Assembly (NCBI GenBank): GCA_000002445.1
Contig: CP000069.1
Coordinates: forward strand, 736,001-800,000
Direction of reading: 5' to 3'
Source: Trypanosoma brucei
Taxonomy: Eukaryota
DNA length: 64,000 bases
Made by a program: the position numbers and the translations under genes. Position 1 is the stretch's first letter; every line of letters begins with the position of its first letter. This document shows, one piece after another, positions 53,283 through 62,181 of the stretch. The notes below the pieces were generated by a model. The model was not told the DNA's origin. It did not search any database and saw nothing but the letters and a program-made list of their open reading frames with translations.

Positions 53283-54059
53283 ATCTGTACGCGCATGAAT
53301 GCACACGCATGTGTTGTATACATGTGTGTGTATCGGTTTTGGCGCTAGTTTGTGGTGGTTAAGTTCGAAGCCTTCGTTGTTTTTTTTTCTTTGGAAGAAA
53401 AGAGCGTGAGTCTCCCAATGGTCAGCAGAGAATTGTGGTTATGACAACAATGAAACGAGAGATGATTACAGAATGGATGGTGCGATCAGGAAATGAAAGG
53501 GACTTGCAAGACACTAAAGCACCGGTGGTAGTTTCCCTATCCAAGGGAGCCTAAGTTTTCACACTTTTTACTTCACTGCGTGATGGACGGTAGTGCGCAC
53601 CCTTTTGCATTTTAGCGCTGTCACCGCAATGCTTCCACATCCCTTCTCTACGATTTGAGCGTGTTTCCCCTTTGTAAGCACTTTTGTTGTTGTTGTTGTT
53701 CCTTTCCACTCCGGTCGGTTCCCCCGGTCTGGAATAATGATTTTAAGTAGCACTTTGCACTATTCATTGTGACCCTACGTTGAACGTCGCGTAATTACTG
53801 CAGCGAACATGTTGCCTATCTCCCTTTTGTGTGTCCCACCCTTAATATTATAACGAACCATCTTTTCTCCTTTGCGCTGTGCCACTCTATTTTATATTCT
53901 CTCTCTGCATTGCATGCGACAGTTACAGTAGCGAGGAAGCGCGCTGTTATCACAACCAACGTACGTGAGGTGGAGGTTGAACATCTGTCCGGTTCATCCA
54001 CGGCCCAGCTTACGACTAGCCTTGTCACTAGTCCTCGCTCCCTTCCATTTGTTTTGTAG

Positions 54060-54347
54060 ATGACATCTCCCATCCTACGAGTTGTTCGCTTCATCCGAAC
54101 GTTTAATTTAAAGGAAAGCTGCAGCAGTCAACCTTACCTTTGGTATTTTTCTATTTGCGGTGTATTTATAACCTGGGCTAACTACGCACAATATAAGCGG
54201 CTGAAGCCCATGTACCCAAACTATGATGAATATCGCAAAAGTGAAGGTGGTAGAATGCTGGAGGCGAAGCGCCAAGAATTCGCTGATGTGATACGATACA
54301 ACAACATGGTGAACACGATGCGCAGTGATATGGGGGCTCGCTTGTAA
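54060..54347 (+). CDS. Small hypothetical protein with one TM helix
   Basis: 95 aa ATG ORF on the coding strand. Hydrophobic segment YLWYFSICGVFITWANYAQY followed by a charged tail. Preceded by a pyrimidine-rich stretch at 53690-53730. Confidence 0.3.
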   Translation: MTSPILRVVRFIRTFNLKESCSSQPYLWYFSICGVFITWANYAQYKRLKPMYPNYDEYRKSEGGRMLEAKRQEFADVIRYNNMVNTMRSDMGARL

Positions 54348-54730
54348 CAGCGGCATCCACATCCTGTTGTGGTCCCGCTCATATGATCTGTGTAACAAGG
54401 TGAAAACTTTTGGGGAAAGCTCCTTCAAAGGGAGGAACAGAGGGGCGTTTGCGTGTATATAAGACAATGAACTCAGCATTATCGTTACCGTTTTTCTTGC
54501 GTATCGTTCTTTCGCCAACTTAATGCCTCATTATGTGACGCAGAAGATAGAATAAAGAAATTTGCGTTGCGAGACACCTGAAGTTGATGCTATTCGCACT
54601 GTGCCAGCTGAATGCTGTTCCTTTTCCCCATAGTGGATATTTGTTTACTTTCAATTACCTTTGACTTTGTGGAGCATAACCAGTATCCCTTTTTTTACTT
54701 TCTGTTCGTAGGGTTAGATAGGTGTTTCCG

Positions 54731-55264
54731 ATGCGCCGTGATTGTGTAAGATGCAGCTCTTCAGTGGACCGTTTCATGGATGTTATTGATATATGTATGC
54801 AACGTGTTAATATCGGTTACCTGTTGAAAGGATACTTTCCTTTTTATTCGTTAGGGGTTGCCTTTTCTGCTTGCATTATATCCCTATCGCTTCTTATCCT
54901 CCCAGCACAACCGCTGTACGCCGGGGCTGTTCCGCTAGTGCTGCACGCTTTCTCTATTCTGATTCTTACTGGAGGCCTCTTTAACGCCGCTGGTGGAAAG
55001 ATCAAGCAGAGGAAGCATCAGGGGGAACTTATTACGGAGAGTGTAAAGGATGTGCTAAGTGAATTGCTGCGGTGTGCGACGTCATCAAGTGCTGTGTACG
55101 TGTTGCTGGCCTTGGAGGTTTTTGTGCAAATGAGCGCAATTTTCTCTGAAGCTGGATGTATTTGCTGTTTATGTTGGGTTTGGTTCGGTTGGCTCTTGTG
55201 TGGAAAACGCGAGGTGCTGCTTACATGTTGGCGGGAAGGGGGTCACCTAACATCTGATTCGTGA
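54731..55264 (+). CDS. Small hypothetical multi-pass membrane protein
   Basis: First ATG at 54731; the track ORF starts at GTG 54722. Hydrophobic segments FYSLGVAFSACIISLSLLILP, AVPLVLHAFSILILTGGLF, VYVLLALEVFVQMSAIF. Pyrimidine tract and AG at 54678-54705. Confidence 0.3.
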   Translation: MRRDCVRCSSSVDRFMDVIDICMQRVNIGYLLKGYFPFYSLGVAFSACIISLSLLILPAQPLYAGAVPLVLHAFSILILTGGLFNAAGGKIKQRKHQGELITESVKDVLSELLRCATSSSAVYVLLALEVFVQMSAIFSEAGCICCLCWVWFGWLLCGKREVLLTCWREGGHLTSDS

Positions 55265-55691
55265 AGTGAATTTAGTACATGAGTTGTTTAAGGCCCCTAC
55301 AAACATTTCGGTCATTTACGCATTGCCCCCATTGAGGGGTCACGCGACGTCAGTCTGTGAGGGGACGCGGCTGCCACTGTGAACTTATTGTACCGAGAGT
55401 TACCCGTCGCAAGCCAATTTTACAATGGGGAATACGATAGGGGGGAGAAGTGTGCGCAAAAAAGTAGAGATGTGGAACGTACGTCGGTGGATGAGCGGCA
55501 TGTGACTTCCCTCTTTCCTTGTAAAAGTGGTGTAAAACGGAGGATCGTACATCAGTGTCCGCATGCACCGCGATGCTTCTCTCGCGTTAGTCTTTTCACG
55601 TTGTAGGGCATCATTATAGTGCAGAAAAAGGTTGCTGAGCGTTGTGGTCTAGCGAGCCGTACTTGCGATTTGTAAAGAAAAACAACAACTA

Positions 55692-57011
55692 ATGTGGTTC
55701 AGCCGCTTTTCGCTATCGCTGGCAAGCACAGATGCTGGTGAGAAGTTACTGCGGAGCATTCGTGGCCGCGACATTACTTTGCGAGTCTCCACAAAGGACG
55801 GTAACGCACGCATCGTTTTTGCATCCACCACCAATTTACTCCGTGAAACGATGCGGCGACACAAACTGCTAACGCGAATGAAGGGTCAAACACCTTTCCT
55901 TGAGCTGGTTGGTACGCATTTAACCTTTACAAATATACTAGCTGCACTGCAGGAGGGCGAGGAACGCGTCGCTACACGTCTGAGTGCGAATGAGGGGACA
56001 ATTGTGACTGAGTCGCTTGCTATCGGTGAGTGCCGGTGTTATGTTGGTGGTCACAACGGTACCACGCTGGAGGAAGAGCCCCACTTCCCATTGAAGGTTG
56101 ACCGCTTTCTATATGGTCAGTCCCAACCCTTTTCGTCAATTACAGCCGCGTCTTTGACGCAGCTCATAGACCGCGACTATAACGCAACGGTTAGCTCCTC
56201 CGAGGGCTTTTGTAGTACCGCGCAAACTCCGGAAACAGCGGTGCCCCTGCTGGGTCTTGGAATGTTGTCACCAGAGGTTGTGGATGCTTATTATCGTAGG
56301 AATATCACACTGCATGGCCACACTTTTTTTCGTCAATCGGAGGGTTCGGTAGCGGCATTGTGGTGCTGTGCGTATCTCGACGACCCTTCGCTCCTGGAGG
56401 CGTTTGCTTTGTACTCGGAAGCGAGTGCCGCAAGCGAAAGCCCTGAGGCAGTCGATCGAGTTGACGAGATGATGCGTAAGACGGCTTGCTCATGCGGTGT
56501 TCTTGTTCAGCCGGTTGTGGCCGGGCGCGTGGTGGAAGAAAAAATTCATCTGCTACAACGCCTACTGGTCCGTGCATCGATCGTGCAACCTGAAATATTT
56601 AGCGTTCTGAAGGAAAGGGGGGTGCATGAAGGTTTAGCTTGTCAAGACTCAATCGCATTGGTTACAGGCGACCACGAAGGCGCTTATGAGGTAGCCAAAG
56701 CGGCGCGCCAATTTACACAAGATCCGTCCGTTTCAGCCCCAGTGGTTGAGAAAGTGCGAGAGGGATTGGGTTTGGATAAGGGCGAGCGTTTCTTTATCGA
56801 TCAAGCGTCTGTAGTGCGAAACGGAATTGATTATTTTTGTCGATGTTCCAAAAATAATTTTCTACGGGCGCTTGTGGCGCTCCCTGAGGAGCAGCTTTCG
56901 TCTCTTATGGAAGAAACTAGCTTTCGCTGTACGTTTTGCGCGAAAGAGCATGTGCTGCAACCCGAAGATTGGAGCAAACTGTTGCGCGACCGTACTTCCT
57001 TTAAAAAATAA
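55692..57011 (+). CDS. Hsp33-family redox-regulated chaperone
   Basis: C-terminal zinc-centre FCRCSKNNFLRALVALPEEQLSSLMEETSFRCTFCAKEHVLQPEDWSKL matches Hsp33 (FxCxCSRERVxxALLxLGxEELxEMIEEDGxxEVxCHFCNKKYxF). 439 aa. Confidence 0.75.
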   Translation: MWFSRFSLSLASTDAGEKLLRSIRGRDITLRVSTKDGNARIVFASTTNLLRETMRRHKLLTRMKGQTPFLELVGTHLTFTNILAALQEGEERVATRLSANEGTIVTESLAIGECRCYVGGHNGTTLEEEPHFPLKVDRFLYGQSQPFSSITAASLTQLIDRDYNATVSSSEGFCSTAQTPETAVPLLGLGMLSPEVVDAYYRRNITLHGHTFFRQSEGSVAALWCCAYLDDPSLLEAFALYSEASAASESPEAVDRVDEMMRKTACSCGVLVQPVVAGRVVEEKIHLLQRLLVRASIVQPEIFSVLKERGVHEGLACQDSIALVTGDHEGAYEVAKAARQFTQDPSVSAPVVEKVREGLGLDKGERFFIDQASVVRNGIDYFCRCSKNNFLRALVALPEEQLSSLMEETSFRCTFCAKEHVLQPEDWSKLLRDRTSFKK

Positions 57012-57267
57012 ATGAAAAAGAGGGGTATCTATGCATCTGAGAGAGAACTGGAGTGTTGCTTTGTGCTGGAAAGTGCCATTGGTGTTTTTGAATTTGTTTA
57101 TTTTACCTCATTACACTGCATGTGCATACCCGCTTATTGCATTTCTGTGCCTTTGTTTTCCCACCCTCTCACTACACACCCTTCATGCCAAACTAAAAAT
57201 GCGCCACTACGAACTGTTTTACCGTCGTACCTCCGTGTTGTCTTTTTTCGTTATTTAATTCACTCAC

Positions 57268-57325
57268 TATTGCTGCTCTTTTATTTTCTTTTATTTTCTT
57301 TTTGTTTTAATGATCGTACATGCGT
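57268..57325 (+). promoter_or_regulatory. Polypyrimidine tract upstream of the importin-alpha gene
   Basis: tattgctgctcttttattttcttttattttctttttgttttaatg in the spacer between the Hsp33-like gene and importin alpha. Confidence 0.4.
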
Positions 57326-57567
57326 CGGTTTTGAAGTTCAAATCACAAAGCGTAGAAACCAGAAACGCTTTCACCTGCGCTATTTCTTAATTTGGTTTAA
57401 AATATTCTAAGATTAGCAAGTAAACAAATACATTTATATATCTTTTAATTGTAGGAGGGGAAGGTCGGCTCGTTTAGGTGATTGACATATATATCTCTAT
57501 ATATCTCTATCTCTCTATATATTTTTTCCAGTTCTTGAACCGCAGAGACGTCTGAACCTTTGGGAAG

Positions 57568-59169
57568 ATGTTCAGTGGTCAGAATGAGAAACCGAAAGGG
57601 GCGAAACAAACCCCTTCGGTTCGAGGGGGTGCGGAGCGCCGGCAGCGGCAGATGATTAACATTCGACAGAAGGCCCACGGTGAGCTCATTAAACACATCC
57701 GCGAGGAAGAAGTAGCAATGGAAGGAGTTGATGGGCCCACGGTACCAGACCCCGGAAACGTTTGGTCGTACGATCAAAGAACCCGTCCCGATGACGTTCC
57801 GGTTCAGCTACTTCCCCAGTTCGTTCAGATGGTTATGAACGGCCCAACAGATAGAGAGGTATACCACGGGACACTGATGGTTCGCAAGTTACTTTCGGTG
57901 GAGAGGTCTCCCCCGCATGAAATGGTCGCCCAAAGTGGTGTCATTCCGCACCTTGTGAGCTTCCTGGACCGTGCAGATAACCCGGAACTGCAATTTGAAG
58001 CGGCTTGGGCATTGACGAATGTTGCTGCTGGCACATCCGCGAACACTATGATCCTCGTTGAGGTTGGGGCTATTCCGCGCTTTATCAACTTGCTCAGTTC
58101 ACCTAGTCCTGACTGTCGTGACCAGGGTGCATGGGCTATTGGCAATATGGCCGGTGATGGTGTTGCCACCCGAGATATTGCATTGCAACATAATGCTATT
58201 CCTGCTTTTGTCAACCTTATTTCAGACCCCGATCAACCTCTATCCATCGTTCGCAATGCAACGTGGGCTATATCCAACTTGTGCCGTGGGAAGCCTGCTC
58301 CCCCGCTGCATTATTTGCTACCCACGCTACCTGCTTTAGCCAATTTACTTTTTCACAGGGATCTGGAGATCGCCACAGATGCGTCATGGGCGATTTCGTA
58401 CGTTAGCGATGGTCCACACGAGCGCGTACAAGCGGTGTTGGATACTGGTGTTGTTCCCCGCGTTATAGAACTCCTCGCGGCAACGTCAATTCCGCTTCAA
58501 ACGTCATGCATCCGAACCATTGGCAACATCGCGAGTGGCAATGATGCACAAACACAAGTGATTATTAACTGTGGCGTATTGGAAAAGCTTGCTCCCCTTG
58601 TCACACACCGCAAGCGGGAGATTCGCAAGGAAACATGCTGGACTATCTCCAATATTGCCGCCGGCAATTCAGAGCAAATCGACGCACTCATCAAATCAGA
58701 TCTCTTTCCATTGGTTATCAAATGTCTCCAAGGTACGGAACTGGATGTGAAGAAGGAGGCCGTGTGGTCTATCGCCAACGTAACTCTCTGCGGAGTTTCC
58801 CCACATTTGTATTATCTTTTGGACTGCGGTGTCATCCCTCCGTTATGTGATGTCTTGAACACGCATGATCCCAAAACTCTTACAGTTGCCCTCGAAGCTC
58901 TCATGGGATTTCTGCAGGTGGGCGAAGACAGAGTTAAAACAGGAGAAGTACAGGAGAACCCCGTGGCGCGTGCCATCATTGAGTGCGGTGGTGTGGATGC
59001 CATTGAGCGTGCGCAATCCTCCACAGACTCCAGCATATACAGCATTGCACTTTGTCTCCTCGAGACATTCTTTAACGTGGAAGAGGAGGGAGCACCTCAG
59101 CAGTTTGAGTTGGGGATGGATCATGGAGATCCAAATGGACAACCACCACAAGGCCAGTTCGATCTTTGA
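57568..59169 (+). CDS. Importin subunit alpha (karyopherin alpha)
   Basis: N-terminal IBB-like basic region (RGGAERRQRQMINIRQKAHGEL). Armadillo repeats with EAAWALTNVAAGTS, WAIGNMAGDG and WAISNLCRGK signatures. 533 aa. Confidence 0.9.
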   Translation: MFSGQNEKPKGAKQTPSVRGGAERRQRQMINIRQKAHGELIKHIREEEVAMEGVDGPTVPDPGNVWSYDQRTRPDDVPVQLLPQFVQMVMNGPTDREVYHGTLMVRKLLSVERSPPHEMVAQSGVIPHLVSFLDRADNPELQFEAAWALTNVAAGTSANTMILVEVGAIPRFINLLSSPSPDCRDQGAWAIGNMAGDGVATRDIALQHNAIPAFVNLISDPDQPLSIVRNATWAISNLCRGKPAPPLHYLLPTLPALANLLFHRDLEIATDASWAISYVSDGPHERVQAVLDTGVVPRVIELLAATSIPLQTSCIRTIGNIASGNDAQTQVIINCGVLEKLAPLVTHRKREIRKETCWTISNIAAGNSEQIDALIKSDLFPLVIKCLQGTELDVKKEAVWSIANVTLCGVSPHLYYLLDCGVIPPLCDVLNTHDPKTLTVALEALMGFLQVGEDRVKTGEVQENPVARAIIECGGVDAIERAQSSTDSSIYSIALCLLETFFNVEEEGAPQQFELGMDHGDPNGQPPQGQFDL

Positions 59170-59852
59170 GAAAAGTTGATAAATATAATGAGATCGAGAT
59201 GAAAGGGATGAAAATGGTGAAGAAGGAGGGCACGTGTATATATATATGCCATAATGCTTAAAGTTGAGAGTGTATAAGTGTCTTCTTTGACACATACAGA
59301 ACTCGGGTGTACTACACCGCGGTTTAGGCGTGAGTTATGGACCGAATAATGTGACAGGTGATGGATGAGGGTTATGTGTATTTGTTTTTTGTGTATCTTT
59401 TAGTGTGGTGCGACTCTGTGTGAAGGTTCTGTTTCATTCGCGCTAAACGGTAGTGAAAGGAGTTCTTTTGTTTACTTTACTTTTTTGTTTTTTTCTTCTT
59501 CAATGTGATTTCACACACTGACGCTTCTTCGCGCTTATTTTTCCTGCTGTCCCTCATTGTCAAGGCACCGCGTTTTCTTTTTTTGATTCTGATGAACCGT
59601 CTGTGACTGTGGCATGTTACGCCACTTGAAGCATAACAGGAGTGATTCTATCTTATTCCTTGTGTTCTTCGTTTTTGGTGCTTGAACGCGGTTCTAAAAT
59701 GTTGTGAATCTCTTCAACTTTTCGTTGCGAACGAAAAATGAGGGGAAAATAGTCGAGCAAACGAGTAAGAATTTTTTTTTAAAGGGGGAAAAAGGGGGCT
59801 TGAAAAACAACAACAACAACAACAACAGTAGCAGCAAAGAAAAATGTGTAAA

Positions 59853-59902
59853 CATATATATATATATATATATATGAGTGTGTGTGTGTGTTTGTGTGCG
59901 TA
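59853..59902. repeat. Compound (TA)n(TG)n microsatellite
   Basis: catatatatatatatatatatatgagtgtgtgtgtgtgtttgtgtgcg. Confidence 0.9.
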
Positions 59903-60097
59903 ATTTTATGCAGGGAGAGGCCGAACAGGTTTGAATAAATATGAGAGAGAGAAATGGGGGTTAGGGTTCGGTTAGTTAAGTGTTTATGCGCGTCGGTATG
60001 AGCTTCAGGGAAAGTTAGTTGGGAAACCTAATGCTTTTTTTTTCTTTTTCCGTTTTTGTAACGATTAAAAGATAAAAGAGAGAAGAAAAGAAGAAAG

Positions 60098-60130
<33 letters not shown>

Positions 60131-61473
60131 TTATGCCTGCTTTGCCCTCCTTTTCCCCTTCTTTAAATTCTTAATGGGGTGGTCCTGAAGTAGTTTGACA
60201 TATATATATATACAAGTGTGTACGTTTCTGTGTGGCCGCACTTTTAACTGAACTTGCGGGCTTGCGTGAGTTCCACTTCAATTTTACAGAAGTTAAAATG
60301 CAGCATTTCTAAAGGATACAGAAACGAAAAGAAATGCAAAAAAAAGGAAATAATAATAATAATAATAACAGTGATGGAGCAAAGTGACAAATAGATTAAG
60401 AATGGAGTGATCGGATTCGCCTGTTCTTTCTATTATTGTTGTTATTACTAATATGAATATAAAGAAACAAAAAAAAAGATGAGGTATTGTCCACCTATTG
60501 TGACTGTGTGCTGGTGTTAGGGAGGAGGCAGATGAAAGAAAGAAGATGTGTGTGTGTGGGGGGAGGGGGAAATTAGAAAAAAAAAAGCAACAAAGTTATC
60601 AAAAAAAAAGTCCGAACAAATAGACAGAGGTTGTGATGGTGACGGTAAGGTGGCAAATGCTGTGAAATTTCTTTTTTTTATCTTTCTTCCCTTTTGGGTC
60701 TTGTTTCTATATGCTTTCCCTCCTTCTGTTGTCGTTCACTTCTATTTGTTTTGATGGGTTTATCTATATGTCTGTTCGTCATTCTTCCGTTTCTTTCTTT
60801 CCTTTCTTTCCTTCCCTTTCTTCTCTTTTTTGCTTTTACCTTTTTTTTTCCTTCGCACTCACTGACTTTTCTTTTCCCCTCAATTTACATTTTTTTCTCT
60901 CCGTCTTTCTCAGTCGTTCTCACTCCTATTGTTTGTGTTTGCATCCCATTGATGCATCGACCGAAGGGGACCGAGAAGGGAGAGGTGACGGAAAAGAAAA
61001 ATAAGGGGATAAGAGGTAAAGTGACCAGATAATAAATACATAAATAAAAAAAAGGCAAAGAGTGCCAAATATATGAGTGAGTATATTTCACTTATGTGAT
61101 CAGGCATTTTTGTTTCTATTTTTCCCTTTTTATTTTAACGCGTGTGTACAGGTATGTGTAGGTGTAGGTTTGTGGAGCTGGAGGCGTGCGGGTGGGAGGG
61201 CGGAAGGGTGTCCAATTTTTATTTTCGATGAAACCAAAGTGGAATCGTGTCTGCACGAATATACAGACATAAATATAAATATATATCTATAAATATTTAT
61301 GTATATATTTGTGTGTATATGTTTGTATTTGTCCGAGGGGAGGAGGGAAGTGAGGGGGATGGAGCGAAGATTTTGGAACGGATTCGATGAAGTGTCATAT
61401 GGTGTGTATCACATTGAAGGAAAAGAAAGGCGAAACCTTGCGATCCTTTTTCCGACTTCGGATTTCCCCATAA

Positions 61474-61479
61474 ATGTGG

Positions 61480-61512
<33 letters not shown>
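61474..61512. repeat. (CA)n microsatellite
   Basis: catacacacacacacacacacacacacacacactcat. Confidence 0.9.
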
Positions 61513-61514
<2 letters not shown>

Positions 61515-62181
61515 ATACTCACGCATATATATTATACATTATTTATGCGTGTCAAATGGGATATTTATGCTGGAGTGATCCATGAATGGTTTGAATAAAG
61601 ATGGTTATGTGGGGGTATCAAGGTTAGTGCCAGAAGGACAGGGAGATTAGAAGAGGGAGAGGAGGAGCGAAATAACCTGTAGGATATAATTGCATACGTT
61701 GGAGTGGTTATTATCCCCTCTTTTTTCTTCATACTTGGTGATGGCGACTAGTTTCTCTTTTCAGTTCTCTGGTGTCCGTAATCCGTGCACGGAATTGCTC
61801 CTTTTTCTTATTTCCATTCTTTTTTGTTAGTCACTCAATCTATTTTTTTTTATTATTTTCCAGGGCTCCTTTTTTTAAAAAAAAAATCTACCTCCTCCCC
61901 ACTCTGCTGGCTACCGTAACATAGAGTTTTGTGGACGATATCCCCTCCTTTTTATCTTTGCTGAGTATTGTGGCACCTGTAACTTCTGGTTTACACCGTT
62001 TTGATTTTGAACCATCACGTAATTTATTTATCCATCTCATCTTTTCTTTTTGAATTTTCTTTTACTGAAATCCATAATATAAAGGAAGAAAGCAACTGTT
62101 CTCTCGAAAAGAAGGGGGTAAATAAGGGGAATGGACGTGTTTTCAAGACATGGGAACCGTCGCCGACCTCGAGAGGACGAG

